From Lama guanicoe (lineage: Eukaryota), in NCBI GenBank assembly GCA_013239625.1, contig MU053758.1:2542001-2606000 (forward strand): a stretch of DNA of 64,000 nucleotides, in the 5' to 3' direction. The notes under the pieces were generated by a model. That model saw only the letters and a program-made list of their open reading frames with translations. It did no database searches and was not told where the DNA came from. This document shows positions 1 through 14,075 of this stretch, one piece after another (positions within the stretch are counted from its first letter, which is position 1; every line of letters begins with the position of its first letter). Made by a program: the position numbers and the translations under genes.

Positions 1-1849
1 ACTAAATTAACCGTATTTTCTAATTGGCAAGTTAGGCAAAGGCTAAAATTTCAGTTGGATATGGTGCACTCTCACTTTCTTCCCCGAACTGCCTTGCAGT
101 TGTTGGACAGCTGCTGTACTAAAGGAGCAGCCTCTGAAACACAAAGAAATGCTCTGGAGTTAAGACAATCAATCTCTTTGGGATTACAAGGAGTTTAGGC
201 AGTACACTGAAAAGGGAGGGGGAAAAAAAGGACTATTAGCTTCGGTCCTCTGCTTCAACTTTAAGATCCAACTGTCTATTTATACAAAGAGTCTAGACTT
301 GTTATCTTGGCACATCACGTCTCAGAATGTTAGCGGAGGGAAACCAGTTTAGCAAGATAGTAAGGGAACAAGATAATGGGTTTAAATGACGAAATAGGAA
401 ATCCGTTCCTGGGTGGTGTTTGGCAGTTTAATGTTGTAAGGGGTGGGTGTGGGGATATGGAATAATGGCAAGAAACAATTTGCACACTTGGTTCATGAGT
501 GAGCACAGGAAGAGTGGGACTATAATTCTAGATCAATTCCCCATCATGTCACTTGCTTACTGGAAAAAAAGCAGATATACCAATTTTCATTTTAAAAATG
601 ATTTTAAAGACATGTGGAAAAAATAAATAATAACATTCATAAGAAGTCATAATTACAGAATAAGTGACTATCTCTAATCTCTGCACAAGTGTTAATCGTT
701 TCTCCGGTTTTCAGTTAACTGCACGATGCCATTTCTATCTGAAAATGACTGCAGATTTAACTATTAATTTGTTGTGCTTTTGTTTTTGCTCAGAATCCTT
801 CATTAGATCTTGAAGTGTTAAATGGAGCTCAAATAAGAGGCATTGCTTCCTGTCTTCTGTGGTGTGGTCAGCAGTAACTAATGGAGAGTGGAACAAAGTG
901 TGTAGTAAGAATTGTCTAACAAGAGATTGCTATCAAAGAGTGAGGCAGGTTCTAACAAAAAAGTTACATAAAACTGTTGCCTTTTGAGCAAGTAAAATGA
1001 ATATTACTTGTGAGTTAGTATTTTTTTTTAAGAATAATCTATTGGGAAAATAGATTCTTTAAACACTTTAAGCTTTTTCTTTGGACTGTTATTTGGTAAA
1101 AATATGTTTATCCTGAAATTCTCATGCTTATATTATCTCAACCGCAACAATGAGAATGAAGATAAAAGGTTTTGACTCCTAGATTCATAAATAAATTATT
1201 CAATATTGGTATTTCTAGAACTCACTGTCATACCAAAATATGTCCTGCTCCAAGTATTCATAATTTGTGTGAAATGTGCCTAAGTGAATCTCTACACCAG
1301 CTGTTTGTCCTTTTCTGGAATAAGGATCAAGCTAATAAGAAAATGAAATCTGTGGTCTTCTTTTCATACTATATATGACATTAAGACAGCAGACTTGGAG
1401 TATCCTGATAATGTCTGGTGCAGAAACATGGACTGAAGGAACACAATCACATGTGTCTCTATGAGACCTTTGTATTATATTAACAGATCAAGTGCCCAGC
1501 CCCGTGCTGGGATGTGGGTCCTTCAAAGGTAGGGGCTTAACTGTCACTCATCTTTACCAACAGCTCTGACACAGAGCCTGGCACATGAGAATCCAGGAAA
1601 CGCCCTTTGAACAAAAGAAAATAATTAGCAAGGCCATAAGTCCTGTTGCCCAACACGGCATGCTTTTGCAGACTGGTCTCCAGTCTAAGGCCTTTTCATC
1701 TGTTCTGCTTCCTGATGGGGGGAGGTATGTCCCAAGGCTTGGCTCTCACATTAGGCTGCACTTCAATTTACAAGGATCATTTGATGAAAAGCACCATGTC
1801 CACAGTGGCACATCATCACTTTGAAAGTTAGGGATGAAGGGATGAGAGG

Positions 1850-1980
1850 GACCACTGGTGACACCAGACTGGTCAGGCTCAGAAGGGAGCACTCTGTCCA
1901 GGTTGGGACCCCCAATTTTAAGAACGAAACAGAAATTGAAACCATGTAGGGAGCGGTGGCAATTATTAAAGGACTGGCTT
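1850..1980 (+). mobile_element. CR1/L3 LINE fragment
   Basis: ctggtcaggctcagaagggagcactctgtccaggttgggacccccaattttaag resembles the CR1 ORF2 3' region (LVRPHLEYCVQFW-type). Confidence 0.55.
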
Positions 1981-2539
1981 GTGTAAAACATTCTTTATAT
2001 TTTCGATTTCAGGAAAAATCATGACAACTATTTGAAATATAAAAGATAGATTAGTATGCTGACTGACTTGCAGTATTTATTATGTTTGACTAAGCTATGA
2101 CTTTATACATTTTGTAACCTGAAACTACCATAACAACATATTTGCTTTTAAAAAAAAATCAAAACTTGCTGACTTAGTTAACCCATTATTTTTTTGCTGA
2201 TACTTAAAGTGCATTGCATGAGTCCATCAAACCAACCCATGAAATGCAAATTGACTCAACCTCTGTATTTCAGTATTTCCTGAATCACCTTATACCACTG
2301 AAGACAGCAAAAACATTTCTTTTGATACTTTTCTAGTTTGAAATTCCTAAAAAAGGTTATGGAGATGAGAAGTAAGGTGATAATCTTACTTCCAAGTCAG
2401 TAATTTTGAACTTACTGTTCATAGAGGATAGTTTATTGATTTTCCCCCGACTTCAAAGGACAATCAATCCTATTAGTACATGTGTTACTACATATTTCCT
2501 TTGCTAACTAGAAAATATATAACTTTCGAAAAAATACAG

Positions 2540-3010
2540 CTAATCAAGCCACATTTTCCAAAAGTGGAAAAAACCCAAATGTCCACTAACTGATGAATGG
2601 ATGAATAAAATGCAGTAAATCCATATAATAGAATATTATTCGGCCATAAAAAGGAATGAAGTGCTGCCTCGTGGATGAACCCTGAAAACATTACGCCAAG
2701 TGAAAGAAGTCAGACATAAAAGGTTACACAATTTTATGATTCTATTCCCATGAAACGTTCAGAATAGGCAAATCCCCAGAGAAAGAAAGCAGATTAATGG
2801 TTGCTGGAGGCTGGAGAGGGGAATGGGAGTGATTGCTAAGGGGTACAGGGCTTCTTTTGGGGTGACAAAAATGTTATGAAATTAGACAGTGGTGATGGTT
2901 GTATGATTTTGTGAATGTGTTAAAAACTACTGAATTGTACACTTTGAAAGGATAAATTTAATGGTATGTGAATGAGATCCCACTATGTCTTTTAAAATAA
3001 AAAAAAAATT
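2540..3010 (+). mobile_element. L1M (L1MB-like) 3' end
   Basis: caaatgtccactaactgatgaatggatgaataaaa...ttatgattctattcc...aattgtacactttgaaag followed by an A-rich tail. Confidence 0.8.
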
Positions 3011-4039
3011 CCTAATGATGAAAACAATGAAATTTCTAGTGATTTTTAAGTAAGTCATGGAGGAGTCTCACTGTCCTCACTTCTAAGATGATGAGGTAGG
3101 ATTAGATGCTCTTTTTAATCCTTCCAGCTTCAAATAATAATGATTCTATTTGGAATAGTACAGATTTTCATATTGTGGGGAATTTCTCACAGTAAGAGCT
3201 TCGTCTATTGTCTGAAATGTGGAACTGCATGTAAAGATGGCCAAGGACTGCCTGATCAACTTTAAGCATGTTGCTTAAGATGTCAAAACCCAAGTTTTTG
3301 GTGTCTTTTTTTTTTTTTTGAAAGAAAGTAAACATTTCTCTTTAGAAATAAGGAGGAAATCCAACTCCTTGATAACACTAAAGATGCCATCAGGATAAAA
3401 AGCAGAAGCAGTGCAAACCAACGGAATTCAGTTGGCCAGCTCCTAACACCATAAAATAGGCTTTCTCTAAAACAAAAGTTTCCTCTCACTCAACATGGGT
3501 ACAGTTAAACTACTCACGATTTCCACTCCATTTTTCCTGAGTTTCACATTATTTCTGTCATATTATCGTTATCTTTCTGTCTTAGAATGTTCCAACTGCA
3601 GCTACTGCTGTCAAACACCAAATCCCACGAGGACTTAACACCTACTCTAGATAAGCAACTGGCTCAAGTAACCAAATACAAATACCAGAAAACCCAAGCT
3701 GCAGAACCAGGCTGACAAGCAACCATGCGAGTCAAAGGACAATTGCAGAGAGGTGGCACAAAAAAAGGTTTCAGTTTGTTTCAACTCAAGAATGAAAAGA
3801 AAGAAAACCACAATTGAGTGTATGGAAAGACATCCAGTGTTTCAACGGCCATTAGGCATGCAATTCAGAGCACTGAATAAAATATGAAATTCCCAAAGCC
3901 AAATATAGGCGCCACAACGAATCATGTAAGTAGACAAGTATATGATTTGCCATAGGCATATATGAAACAAAGAAAATTCTTGTGGATTTTAATGGACTCT
4001 GCCCTAGCCACCCTTCCGGCTGCCTCTCCCCTCAATCTT

Positions 4040-4750
4040 TGTCGTTTCAGTTAATGGCAATTGCAGTCTTCATCACATCCCATATCAATCTGTGAAGAAA
4101 TCCTGTTGGTTCTATCTTTAAACTATATGATACAGAATTAGAAGGCTTTGCACTACCGCTACCACTACCAAGAGACAATTTTCTCTTGCTTGAATTATGG
4201 CAACGGCCTCCTAACTGGACTCCCCAATTTCTGATCTTGTCCAAATACAATCTATTCTCCATAGCAAGTAGAGGGACTTTTTTTTCTTCAAATGAGAAGT
4301 CCAATCATGTCACCTCTCTGTTCAAAGTCCTCTGAAGATTTTCAGTTTCACTCAGAGTAAAAGCCAACGTCTTTACAATGGTCTACAAGGCCTGATAAGA
4401 TCTGGTTTCCTATTTCCTCTCTGGCCTGTGTCCCATTACTCACTCTGCTGCTCCAGCCACAAAGGACTATCTACATTTCTTCAAACTCAAGCCCCAGGGC
4501 CTTTGCACTTCCTATTTCCTAGTTATGGGCAGGGGCTCTCTCCTCATGCCTTTAAGTCTGTTAAAATCTCAGCTTGTTGACGTTTTCCCTAACTCACCTT
4601 CAGCCCCCAGTAACCTGCTTCATTTTTCTCAAGAGCAATCATTACCTTCTGATACACTGTATTAGTTACTAATTCACTTTGTTTCTAGTCTGTCTTTCCC
4701 TATTAAAATACAACTCCACGGGAGCAGGATATTTGCTTTTTATTTGCTAC
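4040..4750 (+). mobile_element. L2 3' fragment
   Basis: Typical L2 3' text: cacatcccatatcaatct...ctcctaactgg...cccagggcctttgcactt...caactccacgggagcagg. Confidence 0.7.
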
Positions 4751-4805
4751 CTAGGACAGCAGATGCTCGCTAAACGTGTGCAGAACGGGTGTTGCGTGAA
4801 CTCAC

Positions 4806-4922
4806 CGGTCTCCCCCAGGTCAGTGCTCTGAAGAAATGTACGGCAGCGCTCCTTGTGCTCCTCAAGGGAACTTCTCTGCTTGTAACTCCTTCCGCAAAAC
4901 TCACATTTATAGGGTTTCTCAA
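4806..4922 (-). CDS. IKZF3: Aiolos coding exon 6 (117 nt), zinc finger 4
   Basis: ccttatag|TTGAGAAACC...GAGACCG|gtgagt; [39 protein letters not shown]. Confidence 0.97.
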
Positions 4923-5356
4923 CTATAAGGAGAGCACAAGGGGCACACAGTGACCCTCCGGGGTTATAGAACAAATGGTGTGTTGGGGCCCTGCGAACAC
5001 TGTCCACTAGAGAGAAGCTGAGAGAAGCCCGAGGATTTGGATACCTGTGCATCTACATTACTTTTAAATTTAGTTAACTGAAATACAGTACAGTCTACAA
5101 TTATTTATATTAGAGTATTCTTTGAAAGGATAGGGTCCTTTCACAAATGAAAGGATTTGGATTTGATGACTATTATTGAGCACAATATTTTGGCTCCAGA
5201 TCCAATCTTGTTTCTTCAGGAAAAAAATAAAAAGGGGACTTTTTTATTTTTCAAGGAGGTTACTGCGGTTTAAGAATGAAATAGGAAGAGATCCCTTCTG
5301 CTGTAAGTAAAGAATGCTACAGTTCATGGGAGTTAGCCATTCAGCCTATTTGTTAG

Positions 5357-5483
5357 TTTTTTTCTTTTTGGGGGGTGGGTAATTAGGTTTATTTATTTAT
5401 GTTTAGAGGAGGTACTGGGGATTGAACCCAGGACCTCCTGCATGCTAAGCATGCGCTCTACCACTTGACCTATACCCTTCCCT
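5357..5483 (-). mobile_element. vic-1-type camelid SINE
   Basis: Reverse complement reads ggtataggtcaagtggtagagcgcatgcttagcatgcaggaggtcctgggttcaatccccagtacctc, then an aaat-rich linker and A tail. Confidence 0.85.
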
Positions 5484-6526
5484 CTTTGACCTTTTTAGAG
5501 CATTGTCATATTTGGATAAATGTGGCTTGTCCTTGCCCACATTGGGCTATAGCAAATTCTGGGCTAAATCAATAACAACTGAGCTAACCAAGTGAGAATA
5601 TTTTTGAATAACAGAAATAGAAGGAATTGCAAAAATGACTTCATCACAATTTCTAAGATAAAGCAAAGTCTTCCTCAAAAGTTCATCCACACAATTCAGG
5701 CCTCCTTTATCCTCCTATTTCCTCCAAATGTGTCATTGTTTTTAAATGTGTGAGTAATAACTTCAACTCTGTGTATAGGTCTGGCCTTTCTGATTTGCTG
5801 ATGAAATGTACCCTATGAATTTTTCAGAGTTTTAGGGACTGAGATTTTTTATTTTCTCATCCTCTTGCTCTGTTTAAACAGCGCCTTTGGGACTTAAAGC
5901 ACTAAAATGTCCTTATGGAATCTCAAATTAAAATAAATGCAGGTTTGCTAGGGCTAAAACTGTTAAGTTTCTGCATAAATTGGGGTCTTCTAGAATCCAT
6001 CTTTAGAATGACTACTTTTTGTTGGATCTTAACTTGGAAAAAGCAACTGAAGAGAACTATTTTAATTTTTTGGACCAAATTCAGTCTTAATTCATTACTC
6101 TTTGAACAATGAGCTGTAACAGAAACCCTTCTTTTGCCATTTAGGATTTCTCATGGTGGGTTTCGTGGGGGCTGACTTGTTTAACCCCTAGTCTCTGAAT
6201 TGTGACCACTTGCAGATTTAGGGCTGGGTTTTAGTCAAAGCGGTATGTGGATCGACAAAAAAACAACCTTTTTTTTTTCTTCAATTAAAATTCTGTCAGA
6301 TAACATCAAGAACATGAGGTCCCAAATTTGAAAATAAACTCAGTTTTATTTTTCTAGGAGGGAAATTCTAAATGTTGAAAAAAAAAATGATCTTCCGTGG
6401 TTAAAAATAAGGAGTGAAAACATCAAGACAGAACATAGCTTTTTGTGAATTCTTACTGCTGCTCATCTTTCAGAGATTAAAAAGAAATAGGCTGATCAAA
6501 CACAAACTTGGCTTTAAGAAATTTAG

Positions 6527-6586
6527 TTCAAATACACCTAAAATGAATACAATGTTATACTGTCAATTATATTTCAATTTAAAAAA
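6527..6586 (+). mobile_element. Extremely 5'-truncated L1 tail with TSD
   Basis: tacacctaaaatgaatacaatgttatactgtcaattatatttcaatttaaaaaa flanked by the 11-bp direct repeat AAGAAATTTAG (6516-6526 and 6587-6597). Confidence 0.75.
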
Positions 6587-7061
6587 AAGAAATTTAGCCC
6601 AGAATGGCCAAAACTAACCCCCAACAATAATTTATACCCAGTTTATGGTTTTACATAACTTACAAACTGTACATCCTCTGCTTTATCCAGACTTTTGATT
6701 GAAAAGTATGTGTGTGTATTTTTAGGAAAACAATCTTTTAACAAAGTTACCATAAAAAATACTGATGGCTCTCATTTTTTTGCAAAAATTAAAAAGGCGT
6801 TTTTATAGGGCAGGCTTTTCCTGTCTGACTGTGTTGTTCTCTAGGGGAGCCAAGATGGTAGGTTGATGATCATCCCCATTGAGCCAGACGGAGAGCAATT
6901 AATGCCTTAATGGAAGTGTAATTAGCCCTAGAGGTCTCTGCTGTTGTAACCCTTCAGAACAGGAATGACAGATTAAAACCTCCATATTTAACTCTTTCTA
7001 GTTTCTGCCATGGGCACTGAGGAACACACATTTACTAGATATGGAATGTTCATTGCTCTCA

Positions 7062-7304
<243 letters not shown>

Positions 7305-8157
7305 CTATGGCAAAAGCTCATTTTTTCAGATAGTTTCTGTTCTTATTGGGATCAGATGGGAGCTGCATTTCAAGGCAAGCATAAGACTTACTTATGGAAT
7401 CTTCCCTCTAGAAGGGAAAAAGCACTCACCTAGCAACGCTACTTGAGGTATCACCTTGTCTTGGATCAAAGCAAAACAAACAAACAAACAAACCCCCCCC
7501 CCCAAAAAACATGAGTAGCTTTAGAAGAGCTTTCTAGATTTGTTTTTACATTACTTAGCATTCCTCTTGAATATAATCTCAATCTGTAAAAAGAGTCACA
7601 GACCCAAGTTCTCATAAGGTATAGAGGGCCAGAAATGCCTTTTAAAGTCTTTAGATCCGATGTTAGATGGAGTCTATTTGGCTCAGTGGGACTGTTGTGT
7701 TTGTATGCACTTCTGTAGACTGCTTTTTTGTTGTCTGAAAATAAATTTTTTAAACTGTCAATAAAAACTACATCCTTTCCTCTGCCAAATTTGAACCCAA
7801 GACAATAAGGAGATCTACTTTTTTAAAAGTTATGCAAAAATATATGGAAGATGCTTAAGAAGTATATCACACAATTCAACTCCTACTTATTAACTGAAGA
7901 AAAATATTTGGCTGACCTAGAACACTGTGCTCTCTACAGTCTTCCTTTATTCACAGCATTTGCAATATGTTTGCCACATGCATGGTGAAGGAGGGCTAAA
8001 AATCACTGGGTAATGGAAATGCAGAGAGGGAGAGATGCAACAGAATTAAAGCAAAAAGCAAGAATAATCAAAAGTAAGCCCTAAATTCCACCACTTCACT
8101 TCTCACGTGGCTGCATTAGGACAGTTTACAGAAGAATGGATAAAGGAGACTATTTAC

Positions 8158-8418
8158 CAGTATGGCTCCGCTTATGAACCATTAAGACATTGAAGCTAAT
8201 GCAGGACAATCCACACACATCGCAGTTCATCTTGCCACTGGTTGGCCTGCTACTATCATACGAGACAACATGTCTCTCCAACTTAATGTTTTCATATTCA
8301 TTATATTCTCTTGAATAGCTGTAAGGAATTTCAGGCTCTTCTGCATTTCCCATGGGCTCTGGCTTTAAAACATTCTCCTCCCTTTCACTGTATTCATCTT
8401 TCACTTTCATTGAATCAT
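8158..8418 (-). CDS. IKZF3: Aiolos coding exon 4 (261 nt), includes zinc finger 1
   Basis: cctgcag|ATGATTCA...CATACTG|gtaaat; ORF 8150..8449 gives [14 protein letters not shown]...[23 protein letters not shown]. Confidence 0.98.
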
Positions 8419-8609
8419 CTGCAGGGAGGAAAATGCAAGAAATGAACAATGATTGTATTTGGAGCTATCAAAGCAGCTCAGAGAGCAGACACCCACAGCT
8501 GATAATTAAATACCAAGTGAAGCTAACATAATATTGTACATCTACCAAGCAAGAAAACACCATTAGGAAGATCACTCATTATCTGAATTCAGAGCCACAG
8601 TCTGGGGAG

Positions 8610-8639
8610 AACACACACACAAACACACACACACACACA
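8610..8639. repeat. (CA)n microsatellite
   Basis: acacacacacaaacacacacacacacacag. Confidence 0.9.
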
Positions 8640-9451
8640 GATGACAGCATTTTAGGCCATCCAGAAAATTTGAGATAACAGATTTTAGCTATGACTGCTC
8701 AAAGCGACTATGAAAAACACATTTTGAGCAATTCTTCTCCAGTGCTAGGGGAGAAGAAAGGTTCTCAGATCTACTACCTTTCTCGGTGGCTGCAGTTAAA
8801 AGGCAAGCTGATGTGATCTTTGGTTTCAAGAAGAAAATACTGTTTTAATCCTTCAAATGCATCCAACTGAAGTCACTAAGATTGAGAGTTGAATAGTTAA
8901 TATGTTTTTTTCTTCTGATTTTTAGTCTTGCATTGCCTCTCCCCCTTCCATGTATATGAACTGCTAAAATGAGTTTTATCTCTCTATCTCTCTTGGAACC
9001 GATAAAGAGACAACACTGAACATAGAGGAAGCTGGCAGTGCTAGTGAAATACTGTTGAGAAAGATAAAAGGAGAAGTCATCCTCTAACATAACCTTCTCA
9101 GGAGTCCCTTTCATTGACACAGGTAAATGGACCACCTACAGCCCAGTTAGGGAGGGCTAGAGTTGTAGGACCGGATAGGAGAGGAGGGGCTGGCCCAAGT
9201 GTGTTGGCTGATCAGGCTCTGTCTTAAAAAGAGTTGCAACACTCTTTGAAGCCGAAGAACATAAGAAATAAAGAAGGAAAATTTATATACTGACACTAAG
9301 ACAACCCAAATATTTGCCTGATGTAATAATAATAAACATTTAAAAGAGATTTTTCATATACAAAACATGCTGCATAAATGTTTACATCTTGAAAAATTCA
9401 TTCTTAGAAACTGGAAATTGAAATGCTCCATGAGGAGCCACAAATCAATTT

Positions 9452-9600
9452 CAAGGCTGGAAGGGAATTTAGAGATCATCTAATCCAACCTTCTTGTTTT
9501 TCAGATAAGGAAACCTGGGAACGGAGATGTTTTCGGTGAGTTGTCCAAGGTTACACAGTCAGTTAATAGCAGATGTGTGATTAGAACACTGAACTTGGAT
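9452..9600 (-). mobile_element. MIR SINE
   Basis: ggctggaagggaatttagagatcatctaatccaacc...cagataaggaaac...ttgtccaaggttacacag. Confidence 0.75.
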
Positions 9601-11039
9601 TTGCCCTCACCTTTGGACATGCAAAGCCTACATGGCTCCTTTCTGACATAGTCCACACTCCCTCATCAATGGTGTAGACGTTGAAAACCAAAACACGCTG
9701 AAGCAAAGATATTTAAAAAAAAACGACATCCCTTCCAAACAACACCAGTAAATGCAGCTCCTGTTGCCACATAGGAGGAAGTACGACTGCAGCTGTGCCT
9801 GGCTTGCTACCTTCAACTCAAGTTTCAATTTTCACTTCTATCCGGGTTACCTTTCATCTATATTAACTGTGTTTGCTTAATAGAGCAAGACAGGGTCTAA
9901 CCACCAACAGAGGAGCCACTGCTGCAACACTGTTCCAGTGCTTCTTACCACGGTTCATGGTTCACAACCTTTCACTCTTTGATTAGAAGAGACACAGGGC
10001 TGTAGGAGACATCCAGCATGTGTCCAATTTGCCCATCCTATGCGTCTGGGCTCTATATGAATTGATAGCCATTTCCTACATGGAAAGAGTTGCATTCCCT
10101 TCTTTCTCTGGACACATTTTGCCTGCTGTCAGATGGAATTTGTTTGCTTAAGTGGTTTTTTTAAAAAAATTTTTTTTTTAAAGAGAAGGATGCACCTGAG
10201 GCTTGTACCCTCCTCCCTTCCTTCATCACTCCAGCTGTGGGTGATATCCCACCAAAGCTTGAGTGCTCTTCAGTTTGCATGTAGGCGTTTAAAAGAACCT
10301 CAACGGAAAACTTCAGCTACTGAAAACCAAAAACAGCACATAGAAAGGGCCAGCAGAAAAGGATCCTTTTCATTTTGGCTATAAAATGTTAATATGAACA
10401 GACTCAGGCCATTCTGCGGTCAGTGACAAATGAAAACTAGTAAGATCAATGTTTCAAGTCTTCCTGAAAATGCAAGACGTAAGAGGGTTGCTCCTTCCCT
10501 CAGGATTTTGGCTTCTTGGGCTTGACCTTGAACTCAATATGACACTGACCTTGCTCAAAAGAAATTCTTGGCTTTTTCCCGTTAGAACTTAGCTGTAGAA
10601 TAAGGAAGACATTGAGACCCAGGGCCCTAAGGGAACACGTAAGAGTCACATGGACAGGGCATCAAGGAAGTCCCTTGGACTTTGGACCAAAAGAGCTCCG
10701 GCTATAGTTATTGTTTTGCCCTTGGAGTCTCACTAGTTTTAGATAAAAGACCTGGATGGCCTCTCTGCATGGTTACTGGGGATCAGCAATTTCTTAATGG
10801 TTTACCATGTGAAGCTAAACAGAGTTGAATGTTAGAATAGATTCGTATCTAAGATATGAAAGGGATTCCTGAGAGATTATTGGGCTTAGCACCCAGCCTA
10901 CAAATATAGTCCAGCAAAACTACCAGGACAGACACTAGTCTGTCCAACGAAGAGATTCATTCCATCCCTTGGGAGGAAGATTTCCTGGAGCAGAGGAAGG
11001 GGGGGGGCATTCTACTTAGTATCATTGAAAATAATAATA

Positions 11040-12470
11040 AACATGTCTAAAGTCAAACTTGTCATCTTTGAACCCAAACTTGCTTCTAATGTATTACTTC
11101 TTTCTAGTTACATATGACATCTTCCTTCTTCCAGCCTCCAAGTCTTGAAACTGGAATCCTTTTCCTTCCGATCTCTACATCACATCAGTCTCCAAGACCG
11201 ATAGAGTCTATATCTGCAGGCTCTCCAATGACAACTCCTCTTTTCTATTCCCTTTGCAATTTCCTTTAGCCTCTCAGCCCCTCATAACTAAACTCATCCT
11301 CTCTCAACATTTCTTTCTGATAGATTTAATACAAAAGTAATCTATGCTTACTGTCTCTATGGTCTCAAAACTGATGTCAAATTCCCTGTGATCTGGCTTC
11401 TGCCTCCAATTCTAATGCTGATTCACTGCTCCTCTGAAGATCATCGATAATCTCCTGATTCCTAAATCCAATGGCCTTTTGTGTTCATTCTCCTCAACTT
11501 CTCTGTAGCCTTCAACACTGCTGACCACTGCTTGTTGTTCCACTGTATTCCTACTTCTTCGGTGAAACTGTGCCTTCTTTCCTCTCCCTTCTAATTGCTT
11601 CTTTTTCTAGCTCCTTTTCCTCCCTCTGCCTCCTAAATACTGTCCTCAACCTTCTTTTTTCTACCCTCTGCACCACCTCCCCTATGGCAATTTCATCCAC
11701 TCTTAAGGCTTCAGCTAGCAATTTATATGATTAATCCCCAGATACAGATCTCCAGGTAGAATCTTCCCCTTTTCTTCAGTTCTCTGATCCCAAAGGCCTC
11801 CTAGGTATCATCACAGTTATGCAGGCTAGAATCTTGAGCATCATCTTTCCTTCCTCTTGCTTGTGCCCCACATTTAATCACCCATTGTACCATCTCTCCA
11901 ATCCTCTTCTCCTCCCCACTGTTTTGCACGCCCATCACCCTAAATCTCAGACCCTGATTGCCCTCCTCACTCCTGCAGTAGCCTCCTCATTGCTCTCCCC
12001 GCCCCCTCTGCCTCTCCTTTCCAGTTCATTCTATATGCTTCCACCAGACAGTTCTTCCTAAACTGGAGCCCTGGTCATTTCATGACTCTGTCCAAATTCG
12101 TCAATTCTATCTGCTGCCAACAAAATAAAGTCCAAACTCAGAAAGAAAGAGTTTTAAAGGCCTTTCAATATCTGACTCCCAACCTATCTTTGTAATGCTG
12201 ACTCTGAATACTCAGATGTCTCTAACCTAGCTAAGCAACTTCTAAGTATCACCTTCCTTTTATTATTTCCACTGCTTAAAAAGTCTTTCCCCAACATTGC
12301 TACAGATCCAAATCCTACACATCTTTTAAGGCCAAACTAATACGCAGTTTTCCCCTACTATGCCCTCCCTGATCTCTGTAGCTATAAAATAATTTGTTCC
12401 TTCCTTCTCTGAGTTATTTGTAAACTCACCTCATCTCCCATATGGACATGTAAGCTGAGATCAGAAGCTA
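11040..12470 (+). mobile_element. L2 fragments
   Basis: Pyrimidine-rich L2-like text (ctaaatccaatggcc, ttcaacactgctgaccact, aaaataaagtccaaactc). Confidence 0.65.
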
Positions 12471-12544
12471 CACAGGTCTGGTTTTTTGTTTTTGTTTTTA
12501 TAGACTCAGTAATCCCTATGACATTGCTTGACTTGTATCTGTAA

Positions 12545-13172
12545 GACCAGAGGTTGTGGGGGTTTTAAATAGAAAATTTTGGGGTCCCACCATAGGTCTA
12601 CTAATCTGGGTGTGGCGACTGGAAACATGCATTAAAAAACACACTCTCTAGGTAAATCTTATGCACGGTGGAGTTTGAGAACCACTACTTGAGAGTCTGA
12701 CACAGTGCTTTGCATAATGTACATATACAGTAAATAGTTGATACATGAATATACCCCTACGTTAGCCTCCTAACTGGTCCATGGTGTAAGCGGCCTCTAT
12801 TTTAGATTATATCTTATTGCCAGATTAATCATCCGGTAGCACTAAAACCTTTGTTCAGAAACTTACAATGATTTCATTTTGTTTACAGAGTAAAGTTCAA
12901 ATTTGTTAGTGAGACATTCAAGGGCCTGTCCAGAACCTGCCCCAAGCTGATCTGATCATCTCATTTATCACTAGTCTCCTTGAATCATCCTTCTCCCTAG
13001 ACTAGAACCTTGCTACTCAAAGTGAGGTCCTTGGATCTGCAGTTCCAACATCCCCAGAGAGCTTGTTAGGAATACAGACTCCCAGGTCTCACCCCAGACC
13101 TACTGGATCAGGTTTTCCATTTTAACACATCTTCAAGGATTCTTACACACATTAACGTTTGAGAAACACAGC
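12545..13172. mobile_element. Two MER5-type hAT MITEs (~12545-12690 and ~13010-13172) with L2 sequence between
   Basis: Ends gtttgagaaccact and gtttgagaaacacag; internal ccccagacctactggatcag. Confidence 0.6.
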
Positions 13173-14045
13173 AGCAATCTTACCAGCTGTGGTTTTCCAA
13201 GCCTCTTCTCTAACCTTCCCTTTACCTAAAATGCTCTTCCCTACATCAACATCCTATTCAAACTTCCAGATGCTGTTTAAATGCCATTTCTTCCATGAAG
13301 TCTTTCTTGATAAAAAAAAATTCTCCTGCTTCTGTGTTTGTAAAACACTACATGTAAAACCAATAATATTGTTCCACAGATTTACACTACACATTCAGAG
13401 ATGTTTCTCGTCATTTTCCACTGATTTTCAGTTGTCAGTGGCTGGCAAACCCGAACAGTTAACAAAGGCAGAAAATTTAAAGACTGGCAAGAAATACTTG
13501 AATATACTTGAGGAGTGGCCCCACAGTATCCTGAAGTGTTTTGTAAAGTGAGCAGACCTTTTGTAATGTGAACAATCTCCCGTTTTATTTAGTTTTGTAA
13601 ATTCCAGCCTCTTATTATATGTATCAAGTTTCTTAGACACATGACTTAAATTGCCACTTAAAAGACTGTCAAGAATCTTCCCAGGCACTAGCAATATTTT
13701 ATTTCTCAAGCCAGGTGGTGGGTCCATGGATGCTTGTTTTTATTCTTTAAACTATGCATGTAATTATATTTGCCTCTTTGTATGTATGATATATTTTATA
13801 ATCAAAAAATGTTAAAGGCTTCCTGAGTAAATTTTTTTATAATTGAGCTTGTGGAAAAAAGAACATACCAAACCACAAATTGCTGATAAAGGTAATTGCT
13901 AAACATTCCCAGAGGGGGGAAAAGATGTCTAAATTGAATCTAACCCATAGAAAATTAGATTAAGCTGAACTTCTTTCTAAAGGAGCTACTCTGGGGTACA
14001 ATTGCTCCATCTTTGTCTATGTTCTGGAGGCCTCTTAGGAAGATG

Positions 14046-14075
14046 ACACACACTCACACACACACACACACACAC
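14046..14075. repeat. (CA)n microsatellite
   Basis: acacacactcacacacacacacacacacac. Confidence 0.9.

Noticed and set aside
1..4800. IKZF3 exons 7-8
   Set aside because: No sequence encoding the [24 protein letters not shown] segment or the C-terminal fingers was found; they must lie left of the window.
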